Source: Nitrososphaerota archaeon
GTDB taxonomy: Archaea > Thermoproteota > Nitrososphaeria_A > Caldarchaeales > Caldarchaeaceae
NCBI GenBank assembly: GCA_041641305.1
Contig: JBEPYN010000001.1
Location: 352,001 to 416,000 of the forward strand
Reading direction: 5' to 3'
DNA length: 64,000 nt
The translations under genes were made by a program, and so were the position numbers. This document shows positions 27,444 through 36,897 of this stretch, piece after piece. Under the pieces are notes generated by a model. It was not told the origin of the DNA. It saw nothing but the letters and a program-made list of their open reading frames with translations, and did no database searches. Each line of letters opens with the position of its first letter. Within the stretch, counting starts at the first letter, position 1.

Positions 27444-29417
27444 ATGCTGCTGTGGAGCCCGTCATCAGATTCTGTCTCACAGGCTAACATGAAATCTTTC
27501 ATCGAGTTTGTTGACGACCGCGAAGGCCTTGGCGTGGATGCGTTTGAAAAAGGAGCCTATTTCAAGCTGTACCGCTGGTCGGTCTCCAATATACCACGGT
27601 TCTGGGAATATGTCTGGGATTTTTTCGACATAGTTTGTTCGCGGCGTTTTATGGCTGTGGTGGATGATTTGTCAAAGTTTCCTGGGGCGCGTTGGTTTGT
27701 TGGTGCGCGGCTTAACTTTGCCGAGAACCTTCTCCGACACCGTGGACACGAAAAAGGGTTGATTGGTGTGCGGGAGGATGGTGAGAAGCGTGAGTATAGG
27801 TTTGTCGAACTTCATGGTGAGGTTGCGGCTGTTGCCCGCGGGTTGAGAGAGGTTGGTGTAGGCCTCGAGGACAGGGTTGCAGGATATATTCCCAACATTC
27901 CGGAAAGCGTTGTGGCGATGCTAGCTGCAACATCGCTCGGAGCCACATGGTCCTCGGTGGGCACGGAGCTGGGTGTCGACGCCGTCGTCGACAGACTGGG
28001 CCAAGTCGAGCCGAAGGTGTTGTTCACAGTCGATGGCTACTATTACAGGGGCAGGGCCTTTGACGTCTTGGAGAGAATAGAGAAAATTGTTGAGAGAGTT
28101 CCGTCCATAAGACGGGTCGTTGTCATTCCGTATCTCAGCCAAAACCCGCGCCTAGATAACATCGAGAAGGCCGTTCTCTATGGCGATTTCAAAGGGCCGA
28201 CGGGTGGCGCCGTTGACTTTGCTCAGGTGTCCTCCTCGACACCGGTCTACGTCATGTTTTCTTCGGGGACGACCGGAAAGCCTAAGTGCATGGTCCAACC
28301 CGTGGCAGGTATTCTGGTCAATCAGCTCAAGGATGTGGTTATTCACAGTGACTTGAAACGGGGAGAGGTGATTACTTACATCACTACGCCGAGCTGGATG
28401 ATGTGGAACTGGAGCGTCTCCTCTCTCGCCGCTGGAGGAACTGTGCTTCTATACGACGGTGACCCAAATTACCCTGACTGGAGGAAGATGTGGCGCCTCA
28501 TAGACGAGTATGAGGTATCTATCTTCGGATGTAGCGCAAGCTACATCAATCATTTACGGGGGGCAGGCGCCGCACCCGGCGACAAGTTTGGTCTTGAGAG
28601 CTTGCGTGAAATTTCTCAGACGGGTTCGCCGCTTTTATCCAATGGGTTCAAATGGGTCTACGACACTGTGAAAAAAGACCTCCACTTTAACTCGATCTCA
28701 GGCGGGACTGATATCAACGGCTGCTTTGCAATCGGCTCGCCTATTCTGCCCGTATACGCTGGCCAGGTCCAGTCTCCGGGGTTGGGGATGAAGATTATGT
28801 GTTACGATGAGAGGGGTGAGCCTGTGTTTGACAGGGAGGGTGAGCTTGTCTGCGAAGCTCCGGCTCCACCGATGCCGCTCTACTTTCTCAACGACCAGGC
28901 TTACGAGAAATACCTCGACGCATACTTCCGCTTCTACACGCATAAGCGTGTCTGGAGACATGGCGACTATGTCATATTCCACAGCGACACGGGTGGGATA
29001 ACTTTTCTCGGAAGGTCTGACGCAACGCTCAAGCCATCGGGCGTCAGGATAGGTACAGCCGAGATATACTCAATCGTCGAGGGCTTCAGAGAAGTTGCGG
29101 ACAGCTTGGCTGTTGGACAGGATTGGAGAGGCGATCAGCGTGTAATCCTGTTTGTTAAGATGGCTCAGGGCTATGTGTTGACGGATGAATTGAAGGAGAG
29201 GATTAAGCGTGCCTTGCGTGAGAAGGCTTCGCCCCGTCATGTTCCAGCCATCATCATGGAAGCTCCAGACATCCCCTACACATACAACATGAAGAAGGTC
29301 GAAATAGCTGTCTCAAACATCATCAACGGAAGAAAGGTAACCAACAGAGAAGCCATACGAAACCCCGAGACGCTTGAATTCTTCGAAAAAGTGGCAGAAA
29401 CGTTGCGTAGCGGCTAA
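27444..29417 (+). CDS. Acetoacetate--CoA ligase (acetoacetyl-CoA synthetase)
   Basis: LNFAENLL, FSSGTTGKPKC, WMMWNW, SISGGTD, GRSDATLKPSGVRIGTAEIY. Confidence 0.92.
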   Translation: MLLWSPSSDSVSQANMKSFIEFVDDREGLGVDAFEKGAYFKLYRWSVSNIPRFWEYVWDFFDIVCSRRFMAVVDDLSKFPGARWFVGARLNFAENLLRHRGHEKGLIGVREDGEKREYRFVELHGEVAAVARGLREVGVGLEDRVAGYIPNIPESVVAMLAATSLGATWSSVGTELGVDAVVDRLGQVEPKVLFTVDGYYYRGRAFDVLERIEKIVERVPSIRRVVVIPYLSQNPRLDNIEKAVLYGDFKGPTGGAVDFAQVSSSTPVYVMFSSGTTGKPKCMVQPVAGILVNQLKDVVIHSDLKRGEVITYITTPSWMMWNWSVSSLAAGGTVLLYDGDPNYPDWRKMWRLIDEYEVSIFGCSASYINHLRGAGAAPGDKFGLESLREISQTGSPLLSNGFKWVYDTVKKDLHFNSISGGTDINGCFAIGSPILPVYAGQVQSPGLGMKIMCYDERGEPVFDREGELVCEAPAPPMPLYFLNDQAYEKYLDAYFRFYTHKRVWRHGDYVIFHSDTGGITFLGRSDATLKPSGVRIGTAEIYSIVEGFREVADSLAVGQDWRGDQRVILFVKMAQGYVLTDELKERIKRALREKASPRHVPAIIMEAPDIPYTYNMKKVEIAVSNIINGRKVTNREAIRNPETLEFFEKVAETLRSG

Positions 29418-29538
29418 AGCTGTTCAGGCATTTTCCACAGCCACAGCCCCATCAGCCATCATTTATAGATGCAGTTGGTTGAGACATAGATAATGTGTTT
29501 TGGGAAAACTTATTTATTGTAAAGTATGTAAGGTTGAT

Positions 29539-30672
29539 GTGCTTTCCGATGAGCAGGTTATGGTTCTCCAGACTGCGGAGAAGGTTGGTGAGAGGTTTGG
29601 TCGGCGGAATTGGTTGGCTTGTGGTCGTGAGAGAAGGGAGCCGGCGGCTCTTTGGGAGGAGCTTCGGAAATCAGGCTTGACAGGAGCTGGTGTGATGGAG
29701 GACTCGGGCACCCTCGACGCGGTGCTTGTTCAGGAGGGGTTGGCTAGAGCAGGGATACCTCTTCTACATTTTTTGACGACTCATTTCTCACGGGTCATGA
29801 TAGTGAGGCATGGCACGCGTAAACAGTTTGAAAGATTTGTGGAGCCAACGGTTAAGCATGCTAAGAAAATTAGCTTTGCTTTGACGGAGGCTGAGGCCGG
29901 CTCCGAGACATGGCGGATAAAGACCTTCGCCGAGAAGAAGAACGATGGATTTGTTCTCAACGGCCAGAAAACATATATCACAGGGGCCCGCGAGTCCGAT
30001 TACCTCATCGTCGTGGCGCGGACAAAGCCTCTACAGCAAGTTTCGGATAAGAAGGATGGCATCTCTGTGTTTGTGCTTGATACGCATATGAGCGGTGTGA
30101 TGTTTGAGCCCCTCAACATCGAGCTCTACTCTCCCGAGACACAGTACACGGTGTATTTCGACAATGTTGAGCTTGATGAGGAGAATCTTGTGGGTAGGCT
30201 GCATTGTGGTGTCGAGGTTTTGTTTGACGGGTTGAATGTTGAGCGTATGCTTATCGCCGCGTGTAGCATGGGCTTGGGTGAACATGTTTTGCAGCGGGCT
30301 GCTGAGTATGGGCGTCAGAGAGTTGTCTTCGGACATCCCGTTGGAAGTTATCAGGGGCTGCAGTTTAGGATGGCGAGGGCCAAGGCTAGGCTTGAGGCGG
30401 CTCGTGTGCTGAACTACGAGGCGGCGAGGCTTTTCGACGCCGGCAAACCCTGCGGAGCAGAGGCAAACATGGCGAAGCTTGTCGCGTCAGAGGCCAGTTT
30501 AGAGGCTTTCGAAGCCGCTATGCAGACCTTCGGCGGAAACGCCTACGACCTCGACACAGACATCATCACCTTTTACCCAGTCATAAGGCTCTTTCTCACA
30601 GCACCCGTAGCCAACGAGCTAATACTCTCCTACATCGGCACCCATGTCCTCGGCCTCCCCAAATCATACTGA
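29539..30672 (+). CDS. Acyl-CoA dehydrogenase
   Basis: FALTE..AGS, LNGQK, R.VFG.P.GSYQG, QTFGG; GTG 29539 preferred. Confidence 0.9.
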   Translation: MLSDEQVMVLQTAEKVGERFGRRNWLACGRERREPAALWEELRKSGLTGAGVMEDSGTLDAVLVQEGLARAGIPLLHFLTTHFSRVMIVRHGTRKQFERFVEPTVKHAKKISFALTEAEAGSETWRIKTFAEKKNDGFVLNGQKTYITGARESDYLIVVARTKPLQQVSDKKDGISVFVLDTHMSGVMFEPLNIELYSPETQYTVYFDNVELDEENLVGRLHCGVEVLFDGLNVERMLIAACSMGLGEHVLQRAAEYGRQRVVFGHPVGSYQGLQFRMARAKARLEAARVLNYEAARLFDAGKPCGAEANMAKLVASEASLEAFEAAMQTFGGNAYDLDTDIITFYPVIRLFLTAPVANELILSYIGTHVLGLPKSY

Positions 30673-30683
30673 GAGGTGAGTGT

Positions 30684-31784
30684 TTGACCGAGGTATATGT
30701 AGCCGGGGTCGGGGAAATACCCTGCAAACCATCCTATCGTAAGGATTTCCGCGAGATACTTTTCAACGCTTTCCAAAACTGCCTCCACGACGCAGGCATA
30801 GAAGTATCTGAAATAGATGCGGTTGTTGCCAGCGGCCTCGACTTTTTCGAGGGCATCAGTATAACCGACTCTTACACGCCTGACCAGGTTGGTGGAAGAC
30901 TCAAGTTCAACACACTTGTCTCAAACGACTCGCTCAACGCCTTCATCCACGGCTACATGCTCATCAAAACAGGATGGTTCAGAAACGTTCTGGTAACAGC
31001 CTATGCCAAGCCCTCTAACATACTCAACTACGCCGAAGTCGTGCTGAACACCTGGGACCCGTCTCTCATCCGCCCGCTCCTTATACATCACTACTCGATA
31101 GCGGCGCTTGATGCACAGGCTTTCCTTACCCGTAGGGGCGGCGACAGCCGTGACCTATCTCTCGTAGCAGTCAAGAACATCCGCAACGCCCAACGTAACC
31201 CCATCACCGCGTATGATGAGGATGTGGACTTGGAAAAAATTGAGTCTTCTCAGTTTGTTTCGGAGCCTCTTAGATGGGGTCATGTTGCGCGTCTCTGCGA
31301 CTATGCATGTGTTGTTCTTTTGTCGGCTGATGACAGTTCTGCGAAGGCTGTTGTTAAAGGTGTTGGGTTCGCCCATGGCTCGCATTCATCAGATTTGGCG
31401 GGCAGGGTTTTCGGAAAGTTTGCATGGGTTAAGCCCGCTGTTCTAAACGCTTTTAGGAATGTTTCGAGGAGGGTTGTGGAGTTTGTGGAGGTTTCGGAGC
31501 CTTTTGCCTCGACTGAGTTGATGGTTTTGGATGAACTGGGTGTTTATGATGGCGATGTTTTGAAGGGGCTTCGCGGTGGTGATTTTATGTTTGATGGTGC
31601 GTTGCCTGTTAATCCGTCGGGGGGTTGTATCGGGATGGGGTATCCGCTCAACGCTGCAGGGCTGCAGAGAGTTGTGCAAGCGGTCAAGCTTCTGAGGATG
31701 GGGAGGTGGAGCGGGTGCCTGGTTGCGTCGGTCGATGGCGAGGTTGTTGACGGCGGCTCTGTTGCCGTCCTCTCCGTAGGGTGA
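30684..31784 (+). CDS. Thiolase-superfamily protein (degenerate, no catalytic Cys)
   Basis: VAVKN..NA..NP and LPVNPSGG..G.GYP...GL. Confidence 0.85.
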   Translation: MTEVYVAGVGEIPCKPSYRKDFREILFNAFQNCLHDAGIEVSEIDAVVASGLDFFEGISITDSYTPDQVGGRLKFNTLVSNDSLNAFIHGYMLIKTGWFRNVLVTAYAKPSNILNYAEVVLNTWDPSLIRPLLIHHYSIAALDAQAFLTRRGGDSRDLSLVAVKNIRNAQRNPITAYDEDVDLEKIESSQFVSEPLRWGHVARLCDYACVVLLSADDSSAKAVVKGVGFAHGSHSSDLAGRVFGKFAWVKPAVLNAFRNVSRRVVEFVEVSEPFASTELMVLDELGVYDGDVLKGLRGGDFMFDGALPVNPSGGCIGMGYPLNAAGLQRVVQAVKLLRMGRWSGCLVASVDGEVVDGGSVAVLSVG

Positions 31785-31790
31785 TGATAT

Positions 31791-32945
31791 GTGAGACGTC
31801 GTGTAGCTATCGTTGGTGCTGGGATGACGTATTTCCGCTCCATGTCGCCGATGACCTCCGAGGAGATGGTTTTCGAGGCCGTGAGGAAATGTCTCGACGA
31901 CGCTGGAGTTGATGTAAATGATGTTGATGCTGTGGTAGGTGGCTCGGCTCCCGACGCCTTCGACGGCTATCATCACAAAGGCCTCGTGGCTGTTGAGCCG
32001 GCTGGAGCCTTTGCCAAGCCTTTTTCACGCGTGTTCGTAGGCGGTGGAACTGGTGTGGGAGCGGCCATAGCTGGGTGGTGGCATGTTGCCTCGGGGCTTT
32101 TTGACAAGGTCCTTGTTGTGGCGTGGGAGAAGATGAGCCACCCCTATCCTCATGCACAGCCACTATTCCGCACAATCTTCGAGCCGATAATTGAGCAGCC
32201 TCTCGGCCCCAACCTAATCTGGATATTCGCCCTGGAGATGCGCCGCTACATGGAGATACACCGCCTCGACAAAGAGCTTATCGCGAGGGTGGCGGTCAAA
32301 AACAAAGCCAACGCCCTCGACCATCCATACGCACAGCTCGGGGCAAAAATAACGGTGGACGATGTCCTCAAGTCACCTGTGCTCGTCTGGCCGGTGAATA
32401 GGCTTGACATCAGCCCCACATCAGACGGCGCCGTCGCACTCTTGTTCGCATCCGAACACGAGGCCAAGAAGATAACCGACACACCTGTGTGGCTGGACGG
32501 CGTGGGAGCATGCCTCGACAGCCAATACTGGACAAACAGGGACCTGGGATACCCCTACTACGTCTACCTCGCCGCCCAGCAGGCTTACAAAATGGCGGGC
32601 ATAACCAACCCGCTCAAAGAAATCGATGTCTTCGAACCCTACGACCCGTTCACCTACAAGGAGCTCCACCACCTCGACGCATTACTCGGCAAACCGGGTC
32701 TCGCACCACAGCTACTCAAGGAGGGGCAGCTGGAGAGAGACGGCGACCATCCAACATCGCCTTCAGGTGGATTGCTTGGCGTAGGTAACCCTATAGCAGC
32801 CGCAGGGCTGATGAAGGTCGCGGAACTCTATTGGCAGCTGAGCGGAAGAGCCGGGAAACGTCAGGTGCCAAACGCGTATGTCGGGGTTGCGCAGGCTTGG
32901 GGTGATTTGATGCAGGTTGGGCAGGTGGTGGTATGCAGAGTATAA
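31791..32945 (+). CDS. Thiolase-superfamily (SCP-x/Ltp-like) protein
   Basis: VAVKN, SDGA.A, YDPF, SPSGGLLG.GNP, AGKRQV. Confidence 0.9.
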   Translation: MRRRVAIVGAGMTYFRSMSPMTSEEMVFEAVRKCLDDAGVDVNDVDAVVGGSAPDAFDGYHHKGLVAVEPAGAFAKPFSRVFVGGGTGVGAAIAGWWHVASGLFDKVLVVAWEKMSHPYPHAQPLFRTIFEPIIEQPLGPNLIWIFALEMRRYMEIHRLDKELIARVAVKNKANALDHPYAQLGAKITVDDVLKSPVLVWPVNRLDISPTSDGAVALLFASEHEAKKITDTPVWLDGVGACLDSQYWTNRDLGYPYYVYLAAQQAYKMAGITNPLKEIDVFEPYDPFTYKELHHLDALLGKPGLAPQLLKEGQLERDGDHPTSPSGGLLGVGNPIAAAGLMKVAELYWQLSGRAGKRQVPNAYVGVAQAWGDLMQVGQVVVCRV

Positions 32946-33577
32946 CAAGCAGAATAGTATACTCACAGGATTACCTGAAACAGCTGCCGCTAACCATCAA
33001 CACATACTTTGCTCAAAACGGCCTCGACAAAGAATATGGAAAGGATTGGGAGGATGCATTAAGCAGAAAGTATTCTGAGATGTGGAGTGTTGAACACCTC
33101 ATCCTCAGCCACTGGAGAATAGTGTGCAGGTATGCGCATACACCGGGTGAGGCTCTTGAAAAGTTTCTCCAAGGCCTGCGAGAGGGGAAGTTACTCGGGA
33201 CAAGGTGCAGCGGATGCGGAAGAGTGTTGATACCGCCGCGTCTCTTCTGCGAATGGTGTGTGAAAGAGGTTTCTGACTGGGTTGAACACAGCGGAGAAGC
33301 TGTTGTCTCAACATATTCGCTTGCCTACATCGGCACCGACCCTTGGGTGAGGCTATCCGAGCCCAACATCGTCGCCGTCCTCTGGCTCAAAGACACCATA
33401 CGACAAACATCCTCGTCAAAAACAGTTCTCCATGCTGCAGGGCTGATGCACCTAATACGTGACTGCGGCCCCGACGATGTCAGGATAGGTATGAGGGTGA
33501 AACCCGTCTGGAAACCAGCCGAGCAGCGGAGCGGAAGCATCCTCGACATAAGCCATTTCAAACCACTGGGTGACTAA
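32933..33577 (+). CDS. DUF35 Zn-ribbon/OB-fold protein
   Basis: CSGC...PPR.FCEWC, IGMRV. Confidence 0.88.
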   Translation: MQSITSRIVYSQDYLKQLPLTINTYFAQNGLDKEYGKDWEDALSRKYSEMWSVEHLILSHWRIVCRYAHTPGEALEKFLQGLREGKLLGTRCSGCGRVLIPPRLFCEWCVKEVSDWVEHSGEAVVSTYSLAYIGTDPWVRLSEPNIVAVLWLKDTIRQTSSSKTVLHAAGLMHLIRDCGPDDVRIGMRVKPVWKPAEQRSGSILDISHFKPLGD

Positions 33578-33986
33578 CTTGGACATCGAAAGCTACTACG
33601 AATACCCGGCAGGCGTCGCACTTTCAAAATTCCTTGAAGGCCTCAGCAACGCCAAAATCATCGCAAGCAAATGCGGAAAATGCTCCTCAAAATATGTGCC
33701 GCCGCGGGCATACTGCCTCGACTGCTTCACACCCATCAAAGAATACATAGAGAACAACCCCGTAGCCGAAGTTCAAACCTACACACGTACACGTCTGCTT
33801 GCAGTCGGTGAAGCCGGTGAGGAGGTTGTGTGGGTTTTTGTGAGGTTTGTGGATACCTTGGGCGGGTTGCTTCACATGCTTGACCCGTCAACGAATCCTC
33901 GGAAGGGGTTGAGAGTCAGGCCCGTCTTCCGGGAAAAACGTGTCGGCAGCATCCACGACATCAAATGGTTCACCGCAGCCGACTAA
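33570..33986 (+). CDS. DUF35 Zn-ribbon/OB-fold protein
   Basis: CGKC...PPR.YCLDC, G.RV.PVF. Confidence 0.88.
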   Translation: MTNLDIESYYEYPAGVALSKFLEGLSNAKIIASKCGKCSSKYVPPRAYCLDCFTPIKEYIENNPVAEVQTYTRTRLLAVGEAGEEVVWVFVRFVDTLGGLLHMLDPSTNPRKGLRVRPVFREKRVGSIHDIKWFTAAD

Positions 33987-35013
33987 ACTCTTCTCTCTCC
34001 TCCGCGAGATGCCAAGGCTCGGAGGCGTAGACATCTTCGAGTATCGACTCCGGGGGAAGCGGTGGAATGTTCTCGCATTCTTCTATTGTTTTGCGTATGG
34101 TTTCCTCGGTTGTTTGCCATAGTTTCTCATCCTCGTCCATGCTCCAGAGGCCGCGTTTTATCAGGTGGTTTCGCAGCCTTGATATTGGGTCTTTTCTCCG
34201 CCACATTTCAACCTCCTCATCAGTCCTGTATCGCGATGGGTCGTCGGCTGTGGTGTGGGGCCCAATCCTGTAGGTCACAGCCTCGATCAACGTCGGGCCC
34301 TCACCGCTCCTCGCCTTCTCAACAGCACTCCTCGCCGCGAGATAACAAGCTATCACGTCGTTTCCATCCACGCTAACCCCTTCAAACCCATATGCAAGAG
34401 CTTTTACCGAGAGACGCTCAACAGCTGTCTGCCTACTTACTGGAACAGATATGGCATACTGGTTGTTGACACAGACAAAAACGATGGGTGCCTTGAAGAC
34501 GCCTGCGAAGTTGAAGGCCTCGTGAAAATCTCCTTTCGATGTTGCGCCGTCGCCGAAATAGTTGATGACAACTTCTTTCAGCTTCTTGTATTTGAGGGAG
34601 AGGGCGAAGCCGACGGCTGCCGGAATATGCACAGCGACAGGAATGGGTGCTGGAACTATGCGGCATCCGATGTCTCCGTACACGGCGAAGTCTCTGCCCT
34701 TTAGAGGATCTGCCGAGTTTGCGAGATTTCTGTTCACGATCTCTGCTATGGGAACCCGCCGTGCCACAAACACCGGCAGCTCACGGTAAAGCGGGAATAT
34801 CCAATCATTTTCACCAAGAGCGTAGGCCGTCCCTACTCCGGCGGCCTCCTGTCCCTCAGAGGGTGCATGGATACCTATTTTCCCCATGCGTTGAAGACGC
34901 ATAAGCCACCTATCCAATACACGTGCGACAACCATGTCACGATACATCGACGATAGCAGCCCGGGTTCAAGCTCCTCCTCGGCGAAACCCTCGGGCGAAA
35001 GAACCTGAAACAT
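33970..35013 (-). CDS. 2-oxoacid dehydrogenase E1 alpha subunit (pyruvate or branched-chain)
   Basis: GQEA, YRE, GDGATS..DFHEA.N...NNQYAIS TPP motif, HTTADDP..YR. Confidence 0.93.
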   Translation of the reverse strand: MFQVLSPEGFAEEELEPGLLSSMYRDMVVARVLDRWLMRLQRMGKIGIHAPSEGQEAAGVGTAYALGENDWIFPLYRELPVFVARRVPIAEIVNRNLANSADPLKGRDFAVYGDIGCRIVPAPIPVAVHIPAAVGFALSLKYKKLKEVVINYFGDGATSKGDFHEAFNFAGVFKAPIVFVCVNNQYAISVPVSRQTAVERLSVKALAYGFEGVSVDGNDVIACYLAARSAVEKARSGEGPTLIEAVTYRIGPHTTADDPSRYRTDEEVEMWRRKDPISRLRNHLIKRGLWSMDEDEKLWQTTEETIRKTIEECENIPPLPPESILEDVYASEPWHLAEEREEFSRLR

Positions 35014-35062
35014 ACCTTCTATTCAATATATTCCTCTGTGGAATAATTAAATCTTGCCAGAA

Positions 35063-35347
35063 TTAAAGCAAGTAACGGATTCTGAACCCTTTCTCAACAC
35101 TTTCGGGGTTGATTTCCACAATATCCACTCGTGTTACATGGGCAAGAGGAGGCCCTCTCTTACACCATTCGAGAATTTTCTTTACCGCCTGCTCTTCTCC
35201 TGCTACGACGGCCTCCACTGAGCCGTCATCCATGTTTCGCACATAGCCGTCTACGCCAAGGCTGTCCGCAACCTCTTTCATCGACGCCCGGTAAAAAACT
35301 CCCTGAACCCTACCATACACACGCAGCCTGTAACCCACGCGGGCCAT
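35063..35347 (-). CDS. acyP: Acylphosphatase
   Basis: GRVQGVFYR, GYVRN..DGSVE, GPP.A.V. Confidence 0.95.
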   Translation of the reverse strand: MARVGYRLRVYGRVQGVFYRASMKEVADSLGVDGYVRNMDDGSVEAVVAGEEQAVKKILEWCKRGPPLAHVTRVDIVEINPESVEKGFRIRYLL

Positions 35348-35377
35348 GTAAGAGCTAAAGCATGCACCGCAAAAAAG

Positions 35378-36526
35378 TTGACGGCAGAAATGGACTATGA
35401 CGTCGCGGTTGTAGGCGGAAGCTCAACGGGCTTGATCGCAGCGCGTGAGACGGCTAAACGCGGTCTCCACACAGTTGTCTTTGAGGAGGATAGGGTCATA
35501 GGCCGACCCGAGAAATGCGCAGGCCTCTACAGCATAGATGGGATCAGGTCCCTTAACATTCCCGTTCATGGGCCCTATTTACAGAACATCGTTAGAGGCG
35601 CCGTCTTCGTATCGCCTTCGGGCAAACGCTTCGAAGTTGAAGCATCAAGAGACATCGCCGTTGTTTACAACCGTGAAAGGCTCGACCTCTATCTTGCACA
35701 GAAGGCGGCAGAGGCTGGGGCGGAAATCCATGTAGACACACGGGTGACAGAAGTCAAAACCAGCGGTCAAAACTTCCATGTCAAAACATCCAACCAAACA
35801 ATATCAGCAAAACACGTCATCTCGGCCGAGGGGCGGACAGCCACAGTAGCACGCCAGATATTCCCCCGTTACCGCACAGGAAAATGGCTCCCCATAATAC
35901 AATACATGATAGCAGACCACGGCCACAGCCCCGACATGGTCCATCTCTACTTCAAAAAATATGTGCCAGAGTTCTTCGGATACCTCGTTCCCGTCGACGG
36001 TGAGTTTGGTAAACTGGGTGTCGCGGCGTCAAAAGCACCTCATCTACTTGCCGAGAAATTGTTACGGGAAAATTTTCCACATGCGACAGTTGTCGGCACA
36101 ATGTCGTCTGCCATTTATGTGGGCGGCCCAGTGGAGCCGATGAGGATTGGCAACTTTCTCCTAGCGGGCGAGGTTGCTGGCCAGGTCAAGGCAACCACGG
36201 GAGGCGGCGTCGTGACAAGCGGCAAAGCAGCGGAGGCTGCGGCACAACACATCGCAGGACAAGGAACATACGAGCAGCTCTACCGCGAAACTCTCCGCGA
36301 GCTCCAAGGCACCTACACCCTGCGCCGCATCGTCGAACATCTCTCCCCCAAATACATCGACCTAATTCTTTCATCCCTCGCCGACTCAGACTACGGCCAA
36401 GTTTTGGCAAAAGTGGGCGACATGGACAAACACCTCTCTACACTTGTGAGGGCCCTCGCATCGAAGGCCTCTATCAAGCTAATGCTGAACACCGTGGCGA
36501 AGATACTTATGGGTGCATACGTTTAA
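35378..36526 (+). CDS. Geranylgeranyl reductase family FAD oxidoreductase
   Basis: N-terminal VVGG...G, IG.P..CAG, R..LD, GE.AGQVK.TTGGG. Confidence 0.85.
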   Translation: MTAEMDYDVAVVGGSSTGLIAARETAKRGLHTVVFEEDRVIGRPEKCAGLYSIDGIRSLNIPVHGPYLQNIVRGAVFVSPSGKRFEVEASRDIAVVYNRERLDLYLAQKAAEAGAEIHVDTRVTEVKTSGQNFHVKTSNQTISAKHVISAEGRTATVARQIFPRYRTGKWLPIIQYMIADHGHSPDMVHLYFKKYVPEFFGYLVPVDGEFGKLGVAASKAPHLLAEKLLRENFPHATVVGTMSSAIYVGGPVEPMRIGNFLLAGEVAGQVKATTGGGVVTSGKAAEAAAQHIAGQGTYEQLYRETLRELQGTYTLRRIVEHLSPKYIDLILSSLADSDYGQVLAKVGDMDKHLSTLVRALASKASIKLMLNTVAKILMGAYV

Positions 36527-36551
36527 ATTGACGGCCTGTGGCGTGGATGTG

Positions 36552-36731
36552 ATGAGCGGGCTGCTGACGCTTCCACAGTGCTCATGGTGCCACAGACCCA
36601 TACTGCCATCCGAGTCAGCCGTCTCATTCCCATGCCCCAACTGCGGCAAATCAACCATCTGGCGGTGCAAAATCTGCAGGGAACTCGCCAAACCCTACGT
36701 CTGCCCCACATGCGCATTCCAAGGCCCGTGA
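36552..36731 (+). CDS. Small zinc-finger protein (DUF1610 / HVO_2753 family)
   Basis: Four CxxC motifs ending C.F.GP. Confidence 0.88.
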   Translation: MSGLLTLPQCSWCHRPILPSESAVSFPCPNCGKSTIWRCKICRELAKPYVCPTCAFQGP

Positions 36732-36744
36732 ACAAATTTATAAA
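36731..36744 (+). promoter_or_regulatory. BRE/TATA promoter of the 23S rRNA transcription unit
   Basis: aacaaaTTTATAAA about 150 nt upstream of the rRNA. Confidence 0.7.
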
Positions 36745-36859
36745 CAGCCAAAAACAATAGATTATTTGCGCTTAGAAGATGAAGACATCCATCCGCGGAT
36801 GGATGTCCGAATGCGGTGTTTGAGAAGCTTACGCTTCAATGACCGCGTCCATAGGGTTT

Positions 36860-36897
36860 GGATGCGTCGCCAACTGGACGGCAGACGCCTTAGGCCA
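36860..36897 (+). other. 5' arm of the 23S pre-rRNA processing stem (BHB)
   Basis: GGATGCGT-CGCC-AAC-TGGACGGC...CCTTAGGCCA pairs with 41773-41807. Confidence 0.9.
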
